From an uncultured virus (IMG/VR IMGVR_UViG_3300025467_000014) (Duplodnaviria; Heunggongvirae; Uroviricota; Caudoviricetes): a stretch of DNA of 64,000 nucleotides. Position numbers and translations under genes: made by a program. Below, in pieces: positions 8,555-19,189 of the stretch. The stretch's first letter is position 1. Each line of letters begins with the position of its first letter. The stretch is from IMG/VR virus record IMGVR_UViG_3300025467_000014, positions 1-64,000 of that record; one strand, 5' to 3'. The notes under the pieces are model-generated. The model was not told where the DNA came from. It ran no database searches and was given only the letters and a program-made list of their open reading frames with translations.

Positions 8555-11500
8555 TTAATTTATCCAATTAATTTTATTAATTTGTGAATATACAGGAGCT
8601 GTATTATTAAGCTCTGTTAAAATTCTTGTTTGAAGTGCTTGCTGTAGAGAAGGATCAGTTATACCAGTATTTATGATATTTAAATTATATAAAGTAGATT
8701 TTGAACCCGGTACTGTTGCTTTAAAGTATCTTTCAATTTCTTCAACATAATTTCTACGACCACAAGGTATATCTACTACAAGATCCTGTATCATCATACC
8801 CTGACGGGTAAGACTCATTATATCAAAATCATTTAATGATGTATTATACAGATTATAATTAGTAATAGTTAAATTATTAACTAAATAATTTTTATTTTTA
8901 AGGTATTTAAATAGTGGTACATTATTTTTGAATGTAGCAGTACCAAACATAAATGGTCGTTTAATTAAATTACTAAATTTATATTTTCTCGGTTGAAAAT
9001 AAGTGTTACCCACTTCTTGCCCGTCAATAAAAAGTGTCATCTCACCGTGATAACTATCAAAACGTACGGCAAAATGGTGTGGCCCAGGATCGAGACCTGA
9101 CAGTGAAGTAATTATTTCGGTAGTAAGTGTATCGGCACTATTATAAACATTAGTTAATACTGCTTTTACGTTTAAATTAGCGTCACCATATACAGCATGG
9201 ACATAATTCTGTATGTAATTATCGTTAGTAGTGCTATCAAAGTTAAAATTAACAGGTGTATCTACAATTGTATTCGATATAACACCACCGGTTAACGCTA
9301 TAACATTTATTTGATACCCTGATAATGATGTATTTGGATTATATCCATTACGAGCTACAACAACCGTTTGACTTAATCCTGTTGGAGTAATATCATTTAA
9401 TATATTAATGGTATTATTACTATATGTATCAATAGAAATTGTTGTATTACCAGATATATTATATCCTAACCCTGGAGCTGTATTAAAAATAATTTGATTA
9501 TTACCAATTGTATAATCGAGATTAGGTTTATACGTACCGCTATACTGTACTGTATCTAATGAATAGATATTTGCAGCTATAATAACACCTTGTGAATTAA
9601 TAATTGAAGATATAGCACTTAAAGTTGTTGTATATTGATAATTTAAACTGTAATCAGAAGGATTTAACGAATAACCATTACCTGTAAGAGTAAAAGTAGT
9701 TGTTATACCATCTCCAACGAAATTAAATGGTATTATTTGCGTACTATTTGGACTAAAAGAGCCGGATAATAATAATGCTCTACTAGATGAATATGCATAA
9801 TAGTTTTTTTGACTATCTAATATCCAAATATTATTATTAAAATCAAAATTGTAATCAGCAAATGCTGAATAAGATTTAAACGCAGTAGTAACCTGTAAGA
9901 GTGTAGTATCCCATTTTAAAATTGAGGTATAATCAGGTGATAGATAATATATAAATCCATTATTTAAACGTGCCTGATCACCTAATGTTAGATATAAACT
10001 ATTATTATAATAGGTTATTGTATTTGCTGTATCGATATTACATCCAGGGGCATAATATATGTTATTAAACGTTGAAGTTACATCAGTTAATGTAGCGTTA
10101 ATAAGGTCAGCTTGCAAAATATTTGTAGTTGTAGGTGAACTACAGAGTATATAACCCGTATCTGCTGTATAATCAAAACTAACAGCATATTCTAATAACG
10201 GATTTGTTATAGAAATTAAAGGTATATCCGCTACATCATATCTTACAAATGTACCATCATTAAAAATACCATAATAATCACGCATTCCTTCGAGTCTCAT
10301 AAACCCAAGAGGTGTTGAGGTGTAGTTAATTGTTTTTAGTGGTGTCAAACTAGTGTTTAAAATGTTAAGACTAGTTAAACCACTAACAAATAAGGTGGGT
10401 GTAATGTTATTAGTATTAAAAATACCAAATCCATCATGCACAAAATTACCAGCTAATTGATATCCAAGAGGTTTTTGCCAATTTGTACTATTACCGTAAA
10501 AAGATAATGTAAATTGATTAGATAAATCAATTGTAGAAAGAGAATTACTAATAGTGTATTGGTTACCATTGAATATAAACTCATTTGCTGTTAATCCAGC
10601 TGGTAGTACATTACTGTCATCGGTTTTTAAATACGCTGAAAAACTATTATCCACCAAATACGGATTAAAGGACTGAATATACTGGTTAATATAACTATTA
10701 CCTATGTGTTGATATGCATAATAGGCACCGGGCTCCAGTGTTAGCTGTGATGGTATATCAAATACTGTTATATTACCTATAATACTTGAAACAGATGATA
10801 ATAAAGTAGCAAATGATGTAACATAATTAACAGACGCACCGGTAAGTGCAGCTATATAACTAATAGTTGATGGATTATAATATCTATCAACCCAAATCGG
10901 TTCGGTTATTACATTTGTACTACCTGATAACCAACTACATAAAAATGAACCATTTGTTTCATTAGAAACTGTACCAAATGGTGATGTATACTTAGCCGAT
11001 GCAAGTTTCTTAAAAATCTTATCTGACTTCATCGGGTGATCGCCTGCAATTGCACCTGCCTCAATAAATCCTGCGTTGGCAACATTTATATTAACATAGG
11101 GATAGAGAAATTGTGGTGTATGAAAGAATGTTGTCTTATCAGCAGGTAAAATTAAGTTGGATGTATAAGCTTGATAACCTAAGCTAATATTATCGTCGCC
11201 TTTTAACTGATTGGACCCAGTAAACAATTTTTGATACTGTCTTGAGCTAGCATCATCTTCAGTAAAATAATTTGAGCGATTGGCTTGGAAAGGATTACCG
11301 CGACCTTGATATCCTTCAGGGGTATTTGTATTTTTTAAAGATAAAAGATTAACGTTAAGTTGACCATCTGTTACAACATTATTATATTGAGAATTAACTA
11401 AAAGATTTGAATTAACTGTTGCTATACTTCTATCAACATTAATATCTTGGGTATTAGTTTTAAAATTGCGTTGATAGCTAACCCAAGCATCATATAAGAG

Positions 11501-12253
11501 TGTATCCGTCTTTGCGCCAGGCTTGGCCATACACAACCAAGCTGCTGTTGGTGGATAGGGAGTATTGCCTCCTTGAACTGGCTTAAGGAATGCAAGGGTA
11601 GGATTTGGACCTGGAGTATAACCTACAAATTCACAAATATTATTGCCTGAAATATCCGTTAAACTTTTTGATAAAATTAATACGTTACTATGTTGATCAT
11701 ATGCATAATAAAAAATTTGTGTACTATTTGGACCAAGACTATCTTGTTGACAATCAAATTGAAAAGATAAAAAAGCATCAGTAGCTGTAAGGTATCTATT
11801 TACTCCTTTATAAGAATGTAAGATTTTACAGAATAAATCATCTAAAAACAGTACTTCAAAAAAGCTTCTATTATCCAAATTATTAGATACACCTGTTAAG
11901 GCGACATTAGCAACACTTTGAGTTATTGCAGGCTCTTCAGTTACAAGAAAACGAGTATTATTATCAATATCTGGTGTATTGTATGTTGCAAGATATGTAC
12001 TAAATCCATTAACTGGTAATGGATCCAGAGATTGAATACTAACATTAGATGTTAAAGAATCATAACGTGTAAGATAGAGATTTGAATAGTTATTTGTTGT
12101 TGTATCTTGTAAGTTACCGTATATTTCTGTTAACGGTAAATTATACCCTTGCTCTGTAAGAAAGAAGGACTGATTTAATGTCACTGTATCGTCCGATGCA
12201 TATGCAGAGGATAAACCGATAAAGTTTGTTGGATTAAATGAGACAACATCCAT
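8555..12253 (-). CDS. large virion structural protein with LamG/concanavalin-like C-terminal region
   Basis: 1232 aa; HHFAVRFD...MTLFIDG LamG-like motif; FVGDG.TTTFTL repeat seen in T4-like structural proteins. Confidence 0.65.
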   Translation of the reverse strand: MDVVSFNPTNFIGLSSAYASDDTVTLNQSFFLTEQGYNLPLTEIYGNLQDTTTNNYSNLYLTRYDSLTSNVSIQSLDPLPVNGFSTYLATYNTPDIDNNTRFLVTEEPAITQSVANVALTGVSNNLDNRSFFEVLFLDDLFCKILHSYKGVNRYLTATDAFLSFQFDCQQDSLGPNSTQIFYYAYDQHSNVLILSKSLTDISGNNICEFVGYTPGPNPTLAFLKPVQGGNTPYPPTAAWLCMAKPGAKTDTLLYDAWVSYQRNFKTNTQDINVDRSIATVNSNLLVNSQYNNVVTDGQLNVNLLSLKNTNTPEGYQGRGNPFQANRSNYFTEDDASSRQYQKLFTGSNQLKGDDNISLGYQAYTSNLILPADKTTFFHTPQFLYPYVNINVANAGFIEAGAIAGDHPMKSDKIFKKLASAKYTSPFGTVSNETNGSFLCSWLSGSTNVITEPIWVDRYYNPSTISYIAALTGASVNYVTSFATLLSSVSSIIGNITVFDIPSQLTLEPGAYYAYQHIGNSYINQYIQSFNPYLVDNSFSAYLKTDDSNVLPAGLTANEFIFNGNQYTISNSLSTIDLSNQFTLSFYGNSTNWQKPLGYQLAGNFVHDGFGIFNTNNITPTLFVSGLTSLNILNTSLTPLKTINYTSTPLGFMRLEGMRDYYGIFNDGTFVRYDVADIPLISITNPLLEYAVSFDYTADTGYILCSSPTTTNILQADLINATLTDVTSTFNNIYYAPGCNIDTANTITYYNNSLYLTLGDQARLNNGFIYYLSPDYTSILKWDTTLLQVTTAFKSYSAFADYNFDFNNNIWILDSQKNYYAYSSSRALLLSGSFSPNSTQIIPFNFVGDGITTTFTLTGNGYSLNPSDYSLNYQYTTTLSAISSIINSQGVIIAANIYSLDTVQYSGTYKPNLDYTIGNNQIIFNTAPGLGYNISGNTTISIDTYSNNTINILNDITPTGLSQTVVVARNGYNPNTSLSGYQINVIALTGGVISNTIVDTPVNFNFDSTTNDNYIQNYVHAVYGDANLNVKAVLTNVYNSADTLTTEIITSLSGLDPGPHHFAVRFDSYHGEMTLFIDGQEVGNTYFQPRKYKFSNLIKRPFMFGTATFKNNVPLFKYLKNKNYLVNNLTITNYNLYNTSLNDFDIMSLTRQGMMIQDLVVDIPCGRRNYVEEIERYFKATVPGSKSTLYNLNIINTGITDPSLQQALQTRILTELNNTAPVYSQINKINWIN

Positions 12254-12287
12254 GATTACTATTATTTATCAACAAAATAGTGCGCTG

Positions 12288-12932
12288 CTATGCACTTAAA
12301 GTTAATGCATGCGTAATATAATTAGGCGAACAAGTTTCAAAAATATTAAGCAACTCATTTGAACTTACACCAACTGATATACTATTTAAAAGATGTGTAT
12401 CAGATATCTCGTAAATTGATGACGGAAAGAAAGAAGCTGATATATTGTATATAAAGCTTACGAGATTGCCGTTAATAACAGTAATTGAGGGTGTATAAGT
12501 AGTACCGCTAAGACTCAATGGGTAATAATCGTGACTTATGTTTGTATTACCTGGAGTTTCAAGTAAAGCAACACCAGCAAAACTTTTACCTATTGGATAA
12601 TTTACAGTTTGTTTAGTACCATCACCAAAATTATAAAATATTTTAAAAATACCAAAAAGTGAAGTATCTAATCCTGACGTTGAAAATATAAGTGTATATG
12701 GACCTTTTAATGGATTAAGAATTATATTAGTAGTAAAACTTTGAATTATAAATTCCCAAGGAAAAAAAGATCCATCATTATATTGCTGTAGATATGTGGG
12801 AGTTGAACCAAATGAACCACCATCAGCTGCGGCTGAAAGAGTAGAGAGTGGTGTATTAAACGTTAATGAATCAGCAAGACCAGGAACGCCTATAAATTGA
12901 TTACTTGAAAGATTGACAGTGTATGTTCTCAC
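12288..12932 (-). CDS. virion protein with PKD/Ig-like segment
   Basis: YNFGDGT...ISHDY...YTPSITV PKD-like pattern; GTG start. Confidence 0.55.
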   Translation of the reverse strand: MRTYTVNLSSNQFIGVPGLADSLTFNTPLSTLSAAADGGSFGSTPTYLQQYNDGSFFPWEFIIQSFTTNIILNPLKGPYTLIFSTSGLDTSLFGIFKIFYNFGDGTKQTVNYPIGKSFAGVALLETPGNTNISHDYYPLSLSGTTYTPSITVINGNLVSFIYNISASFFPSSIYEISDTHLLNSISVGVSSNELLNIFETCSPNYITHALTLSA

Positions 12933-12944
12933 TGTTTATATTTA

Positions 12945-15353
12945 CTATAGATATACAGGTATATACCCTATATAAGTTCCATTAGCATCATAAGCTGATA
13001 TACGTTTAGAGAAAGTACCGAGAGCACCAGTACCTGTAGTACTAAATGCAGGTTTAGCCATGACGACGGTACCTTGCGAGCTAAGATTATTTACAAATGT
13101 ATAATTAGCCGTTTTTGATACAAGATTTGATCCAAGAGCAAAACTATTAGCTCCACAAACATTATTACCGGATCCACCTGCTACGAAGGAATTTAATCCG
13201 CAAGCATAATTGTAATACCCACCTGCTATAGTTGCGTTAGCAATATTTGTTGGAATAACATTAAAGCTACCACCTGCAATGGTACCGTAATTACCAGAAG
13301 CTGTGTTACAAATACCACCACCAACAAATGATGAATATCCAGAAGCTGTGTTATTGAGACCACCACCTATTATTGAATAACATCCTTGAGCGTAGTTAGA
13401 AGAACCACCAACTACTGCAGAATATGCACTTAATGCAACATTATTTAATCCACCACCTATAAATGAATATATTCCAGAAGTAGAATTGCTCCAACCACCA
13501 CCAGTAAATGAATAATTTGCATAAGCATTATTGCTTTGACCACCTACAACTGTAGCACAATTTGCATTAACAAAGTTACATATTCCACCACCTATAAAAG
13601 ATTTTAATCCACCCGCTATATTTTGTATACCACCACCAATCGTTGAAGTATTTGAAGCAGCATTACAGACACCACCAGCTATAGTACTATAACAACCGGA
13701 AGCTGTATTCAATACTCCACCTCCTATAGTATTAAACGCTCCACAGCACGCAATATTTTGATCATAAACCCATGCAGTTGAGTTTCCACCAAAACTTGTA
13801 AAATTACCAGGTACAACTACACTCGCACAACTACTATTACATGTAATATTTTGTATAAAAGCAGTAAATGTTTTTGTACTTGATAAGGCGGGAGCTGCAG
13901 TCGTACTTAAAAAAATAGTAGCAATATCATTTTGATTAAAATTACTGCACACTGATGGAGTATTAAAAATAAATGCTGTACAACAACCACTACTATGGGC
14001 AGATAATTTTGCAGCGTAACTAATAGGATAAGCACCAGCTGCATTAAAGCTGCCACCTCCAATATAAGAAAAGCTTGTATTAACAATATTTGAATTACCG
14101 CCACCAATAAAAGAATTACAGCCATTGGATGTATTAAGTGTACCACCTACAATAGCTGAACCATTTAAAGCTGCATTACATAACCCACCCCCCACAGTAC
14201 CGTAATTGCCTGAAGAGGTATTTAAGATACCGCCTCCAATAGTATTACCTATAACAGCTTGATTTAAAGATTGATCATAAATGTATAAACTATTGGCACT
14301 TAAACTTGCAGTATTACCTGATCCTTGGGTACAATAACTAAAATCAGTAGTGCCTGTTGAACCTCCAATTATAAGACAACCTGCAGAAGCACCTGATCCA
14401 CTTATTACAGATATAACGGTTGCACAAGTTGAATATAATGCAGATCCTAAATTGTTTATTGAAGTTAAAGAGGGGTTATTTGTAGTAGTGTAAATTACAC
14501 CCACAGTATCACCTGTTTTGAATTTTGTAGTAAGACCTGCCCCTTGATTATCAATAATACCGGTACATTTACCATTACCAGATAATGTACCAATAACTGA
14601 GCCTGCATTACTACGGGTTTTAATATTATTAACAAATGCTATAGCAGCACCACCAATATGATTATAACCACCTGTGCCGATAAAATTATAACATCCACCA
14701 GATATATAATTACCAATACCACCACCTAAAACATTATAGTTACCGCTGTTTGTATTGTTTATACCACCGAGAGTAGTACTGTAATTTCCACCATATCCAT
14801 ACGGTACACTACTAACAGGAATAATTGTACTAGTATTAATAACAGAATACGGTCCGCGATAACCACCTATGTTAGGATTCCAAGATCCTGAGTTTAGATA
14901 AACCGTTGTTTCTGTGTTTGTCCAACCTGCACTGTTTGTAATAACAGTTGTATTAGCATTTCCAGTAGCGTTCCATGTAGTTAAATTTGTTGTTACAGTA
15001 TTATATGTATACTGCCAATTAGCACTGTTGCTGCTTAAAGTTGTAAGTGTGTTATTCCAATTGCCACTTAATGAGGAAAGTGTATAGTATGTTGAATTCC
15101 AAGTACCACTATTGCCACTTAACGTAGTTCCAAGGTTAACAATAGATTTAGTCCAATACGCACTTGTTGAATAAACAGTTGAGTAAGTAGATTGCCAATT
15201 AGCACTATTTGCTGTAAGGGATGTTAGAGCTGCTTGTCCGTAATATGCACTAAAATTTGATATTTGACTTACAATAGTGTTAATGGTAGCATTAGCAACT
15301 AAACCTGTAATTGCAGGTACATTAAGTGTTAGGGTAGCGGCTACTGTAGGCAT
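12945..15353 (-). CDS. tail fibre-like adhesin with SANW repeats and Gly/Asn/Cys-rich repeats
   Basis: SxNW repeats in the N-terminal part, many (F/T)IGGGxxNxA repeats, C-terminal GYIPVY. Confidence 0.75.
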   Translation of the reverse strand: MPTVAATLTLNVPAITGLVANATINTIVSQISNFSAYYGQAALTSLTANSANWQSTYSTVYSTSAYWTKSIVNLGTTLSGNSGTWNSTYYTLSSLSGNWNNTLTTLSSNSANWQYTYNTVTTNLTTWNATGNANTTVITNSAGWTNTETTVYLNSGSWNPNIGGYRGPYSVINTSTIIPVSSVPYGYGGNYSTTLGGINNTNSGNYNVLGGGIGNYISGGCYNFIGTGGYNHIGGAAIAFVNNIKTRSNAGSVIGTLSGNGKCTGIIDNQGAGLTTKFKTGDTVGVIYTTTNNPSLTSINNLGSALYSTCATVISVISGSGASAGCLIIGGSTGTTDFSYCTQGSGNTASLSANSLYIYDQSLNQAVIGNTIGGGILNTSSGNYGTVGGGLCNAALNGSAIVGGTLNTSNGCNSFIGGGNSNIVNTSFSYIGGGSFNAAGAYPISYAAKLSAHSSGCCTAFIFNTPSVCSNFNQNDIATIFLSTTAAPALSSTKTFTAFIQNITCNSSCASVVVPGNFTSFGGNSTAWVYDQNIACCGAFNTIGGGVLNTASGCYSTIAGGVCNAASNTSTIGGGIQNIAGGLKSFIGGGICNFVNANCATVVGGQSNNAYANYSFTGGGWSNSTSGIYSFIGGGLNNVALSAYSAVVGGSSNYAQGCYSIIGGGLNNTASGYSSFVGGGICNTASGNYGTIAGGSFNVIPTNIANATIAGGYYNYACGLNSFVAGGSGNNVCGANSFALGSNLVSKTANYTFVNNLSSQGTVVMAKPAFSTTGTGALGTFSKRISAYDANGTYIGYIPVYL

Positions 15354-15397
15354 GGTGTATTAATATTTACGTTAAAAGACATTTTTTCCATTAAGAA

Positions 15398-16357
15398 TTA
15401 GCGAATGAGGATATAATTATCACCTGAAACTAATCCTGCAGTTCCACCAGAAGTTGCTATTATAAGTGGTAATGCACTGAGATATTGATTATTAGTAATA
15501 CTATTAACTGTTGTTATAGTATCACCTACATTTAGGTATGATGACAGTGATGTTAAATTTGATGTGAAAGTAAAATATGAACCTGTAAGTGTTGTTTGAT
15601 CTAAACCATAATTCCAAGTTCTATATCCGCTTAAAAATACACCATTAACATTTAAGTTTTGTATTTTAAACTCTGTTACATCTTCACCTGTTGCAAATCC
15701 TAAGCAACAATAAACACTATCCGGCCACCAAGCAGTAGTCGGTAAAATATAATTTACAAAATTAGAAAATAAGTTATCCGTTGGGCGCTTCATATCAACG
15801 ACAACACGTTGACCAAAGTCAGTTAAACGCACACGGATTCTATTATATGTAACAGTGTTTGTATTACCAAAAGAACCAGTATTTGTATAAAAAACTGTAC
15901 TAAAGGGAAATGAGCTACCTGAGACATCACCACTATTATACAAGAAATTATAATTATTGTCGAATGAGTCACGGATTGTTATTGAATTCGGTACTGGTAC
16001 ATTCAAACCATTAACTCCAAAATTATTTGTACCAAAATTTCCTGTTATATCAAAGCCAATACCAAGCGCTCCTCGATATACACCAGGAAATGAACTTAAA
16101 GATGCACCACTCAAAGCACTTACACCTTGTACTGGACTATAACATAACCCTGGACCTGGTCCACCCCCAGATATTGCACTCAATGTACTAGTAAAGAATA
16201 CACTAAACCCTTCACCACCGGCAGTACCAGGTCCATAACATGCATAATCAAAAGTTACAACAATATCTTTTGATATATCGAATCCCTGATTAAGGAATAC
16301 AACACCTGCATTAGCATTCGGTTCTAACAAATAATTATATGGTAGAGATGTTGGCAT
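15398..16357 (-). CDS. L-type (legume) lectin-like domain protein
   Basis: GGEGFSVFF, GPGLCY, LGIGFDITGNF and LGFATG motifs. Confidence 0.7.
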   Translation of the reverse strand: MPTSLPYNYLLEPNANAGVVFLNQGFDISKDIVVTFDYACYGPGTAGGEGFSVFFTSTLSAISGGGPGPGLCYSPVQGVSALSGASLSSFPGVYRGALGIGFDITGNFGTNNFGVNGLNVPVPNSITIRDSFDNNYNFLYNSGDVSGSSFPFSTVFYTNTGSFGNTNTVTYNRIRVRLTDFGQRVVVDMKRPTDNLFSNFVNYILPTTAWWPDSVYCCLGFATGEDVTEFKIQNLNVNGVFLSGYRTWNYGLDQTTLTGSYFTFTSNLTSLSSYLNVGDTITTVNSITNNQYLSALPLIIATSGGTAGLVSGDNYILIR

Positions 16358-16410
16358 TACATGAAGTATTTATGAATTAAGTTCAAGGATCCTACAGATT
16401 AAATATCTAT

Positions 16411-17538
16411 GTGGATTTAAATCATTTATTTAAAAAAGAACCTATTACAGAAAACAATAAACAGCCTGAATATTTGACAATATTTGGATTTCCTACCTTT
16501 AGTAAGGTAGCAGCTATTGCTATTGACGTGGTTTATTGGTTTATTATCTTTGTTGCTTATTGTTTTGCATTCCATGCATTGAATAACATTTTAATTACAT
16601 GGAATTGGTTGTTAGTAGGACTTGCAAGCTTTGCTGTTGTCGGATTACCTTATTGTGTTAAGATTATTCTATTTGGACGCAAGGAATTTCCATTAAAAGC
16701 AGCATTATTGTGTTTATTCTTGAGTCTCTTACCTACTATCTTTGATTTTACAGGATTTTATTCAGAAACTGGTCTTCAAGATAGTTTACAACAAAGTAAA
16801 GTACAGATATCTGAATCAATTTCATCGTTTGAGATACAAAGTAAGAAATCTGCTCAAGATAAAGAACTTGAAATACAAAATACCGGTAGAGATAAGAAGA
16901 CAGTAGCAGAACAAACTTTATTGCAGTCATCTTCAGACATACAAAAACAGGTAGAGGATGCAAATCAAGCTGTTTTAGATGAAAAGGAAGGTGTTAAGGG
17001 GAAAGCTGGAGATGGACCTAAAGCTAAAGAACTTCAAGCACGGGTTCGTAAGCTAAAAGCACAATCTGATATTGATAATCAACAATCTAAAGCAGAACTC
17101 AAACGTCAAAATGATGTTATTGACCAAGAAACAAATGAAAAACTTCAAGCACTTAAACAATCAAATGTTTTATTGGGAGATAAACTTTTAAACTGTAAAA
17201 AAGAAGTCAATAATGCAGGAAACTTTAAAGCTTTAGAGTTGTCAGTAATAGATGCCAACAGTCTATTATCTTCGATCGCCTCTAATCTCAGTGTGTCTTA
17301 TATCCCCGTGCGGATTATAGGATCTGACAACATTATTAAAGTATCTTTCGGGTCTTTAACAACTGGAGATATTACAGCTATCATATGTTTCTTGTTAGCC
17401 TTTCTTATGGAAATAGGTGATATTATTATAACGTTTGTAATGCGTTATGAAAAGAAAATACCTACACCAATTATTAAATCATCGTCAGATGATACTCTTC
17501 GTCATGTAAAATATACTAAAAGTTACGATGGGTATTAA
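16411..17538 (+). CDS. DUF4407-like membrane-anchored coiled-coil protein
   Basis: Three N-terminal TM segments, long coiled coil with EGVKGKAGDGP, one C-terminal TM. Confidence 0.6.
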   Translation: MDLNHLFKKEPITENNKQPEYLTIFGFPTFSKVAAIAIDVVYWFIIFVAYCFAFHALNNILITWNWLLVGLASFAVVGLPYCVKIILFGRKEFPLKAALLCLFLSLLPTIFDFTGFYSETGLQDSLQQSKVQISESISSFEIQSKKSAQDKELEIQNTGRDKKTVAEQTLLQSSSDIQKQVEDANQAVLDEKEGVKGKAGDGPKAKELQARVRKLKAQSDIDNQQSKAELKRQNDVIDQETNEKLQALKQSNVLLGDKLLNCKKEVNNAGNFKALELSVIDANSLLSSIASNLSVSYIPVRIIGSDNIIKVSFGSLTTGDITAIICFLLAFLMEIGDIIITFVMRYEKKIPTPIIKSSSDDTLRHVKYTKSYDGY

Positions 17539-18161
17539 CCCTTGTACTTTTTTGAGAATGTCTTAGCTGTAGAAAGACAGTGCTTAGTGTATTTACATTG
17601 ATCACAAACTCGATCTGAATTAAGATAAAGTTGTGGAGCAATACAGGAGCCATTCTTTGTATTTTCTACAACATACTCTGTTAAATTTGAATATGTACGC
17701 GGTTCTTTTGGAATCCATTTTACTGAAATTTGACGTACTTCTTCTAAGCTCATTCGTTTATTTGTTTTTGGCTTCTTAAGGAGTTTAAGTCGTGCCAGTA
17801 CTTGTTTATTTATGGAGAAAGGCTTTATATTAACAGGGCGTAATTGTTTTTGAACTTCCTCAGGAGAAATTCTTTGACGAAGTAATCTCTTTGCTTCATT
17901 AGATACATAATGTTCAGCAAACGGAACTGGTCCTCCAAATTTTTTATTTCCCTTAGCAATTCCTGCCTTTGACACTCTTCGCTCTAACCCTGTAACAATA
18001 CAGGTCATAACTTTACTCTTAATAATACTTTCATCAACGACTTTTACTTTAACAGGTTTAGTCTTAATAGGTTTTACTTTTTTTATCTTCTTAGATACAG
18101 CCTTTACCTTGACCTTTTTAACGGTCTTTTTAAGTGGTTTTTTGACTTTTTTGCCTTTCAT
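17535..18161 (-). CDS. very basic protein with Lys-rich N-terminus, CIVTG domain and C-terminal Cys cluster
   Basis: KKVK-rich N-terminus; TCIVTG...HYVSNEA; C...CDQC...C. Confidence 0.75.
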   Translation of the reverse strand: MKGKKVKKPLKKTVKKVKVKAVSKKIKKVKPIKTKPVKVKVVDESIIKSKVMTCIVTGLERRVSKAGIAKGNKKFGGPVPFAEHYVSNEAKRLLRQRISPEEVQKQLRPVNIKPFSINKQVLARLKLLKKPKTNKRMSLEEVRQISVKWIPKEPRTYSNLTEYVVENTKNGSCIAPQLYLNSDRVCDQCKYTKHCLSTAKTFSKKYKG

Positions 18162-18236
18162 GTGCTGGTTATATTATAGAGTTAAAAAAATAATTCAAGA
18201 GTTGATTTATTGAAATATATAGTCTAGTATGCTGTC

Positions 18237-18488
18237 ATGCCTTACATTACACAAGAAAAAAGAGACAACTTTATGACTGGAAACGGTACTATAGAGAATC
18301 CTGGTGACCTAAATTTTGTACTTACCAAGGTGTGTTTAGAGTACTTGGAAAACAAAACAGAGAGCTATCAATCCTATAATGATATTGTCGGAGCTTTAGA
18401 ATGTTGTAAGCTCGAGATGTATCGTCGTGCTGTTTCTCCTTACGAAGATGCAAAGATTGCTGCTAATGGAGATGTTTATTCAAAGTAA
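18237..18488 (+). CDS. conserved phage protein (DUF6899-like)
   Basis: MPYI...PGDLNF...YNDIVGALECCKLEMYRR...PYED.KI..NGDVY signature. Confidence 0.75.
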   Translation: MPYITQEKRDNFMTGNGTIENPGDLNFVLTKVCLEYLENKTESYQSYNDIVGALECCKLEMYRRAVSPYEDAKIAANGDVYSK

Positions 18489-18552
18489 TTCTTGCAATAA
18501 TCTAAAATCACTATAATATCAAATTTATGAAACAAAAGGAGGTGAAATAACA

Positions 18553-18747
18553 ATGATCGATTACACAAATAAGAATCTCCGTCCAAAGACGTTTTTCGTC
18601 AAGATGGAGCGTAACCGTGACGGTAGTTTTACCGTTAAGCGCGCTAAGGTCCTCGAGAAGACCAATCAGTTCGAGCGCAGCACACGTCAGGTTGATGCAC
18701 GCGACTTCACTCGCGCCATCCGCACAAACGATATTACCGTTGCTTAA
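18553..18747 (+). CDS. small basic early protein
   Basis: Strong SD (AAGGAGGTG), upstream TTGCAA..TATAAT, terminator downstream. Confidence 0.75.
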   Translation: MIDYTNKNLRPKTFFVKMERNRDGSFTVKRAKVLEKTNQFERSTRQVDARDFTRAIRTNDITVA

Positions 18748-18764
18748 TTCGGTATAACAATGAG

Positions 18765-18802
18765 AAGACCGGCTGTTACTACTTAGCAGCCGGTCTTTTT
18801 TT
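18765..18802 (+). terminator. intrinsic terminator
   Basis: AAGACCGGCTGTTA/TAGCAGCCGGTCTT stem followed by a T-tract. Confidence 0.85.
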
Positions 18803-18852
18803 GTCAACTATTTTATTGCCTTTCTTTTTTAAATTTCCTATTATTATCACTA

Positions 18853-19152
18853 ATGAATGCTGCAGAAATTAACGCTAGATTTAAGAAAAGTATCTCAAAC
18901 GATCCTTCCGTTCTTACTTGTATTGTAACAGGAAAGACGAGACCTACTAACAGTGCATATTTGGAAGAGAAATCAAAGAAACTCGGTTCAAAAGAAGAGT
19001 TTATTAACCATTATATATGTCGTGAGGCATTAACAATGCTTAAACAAGGGAGAACAGTGTATGATGTTCGATCTGCACTCGGTGTCTCTACAGCTATCCT
19101 ACCTCCGGATGAGAAAAAACTTCTCCGTGCCTTAAAAATAAACGGAAAATAA
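18853..19152 (+). CDS. hypothetical protein with CIVTG domain
   Basis: LTCIVTG...HYICREA; paralog of 17535..18161. Confidence 0.75.
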   Translation: MNAAEINARFKKSISNDPSVLTCIVTGKTRPTNSAYLEEKSKKLGSKEEFINHYICREALTMLKQGRTVYDVRSALGVSTAILPPDEKKLLRALKINGK

Positions 19153-19189
19153 GCTTTTAATTCCTTTTGAATTCCCATATACTAATAGT

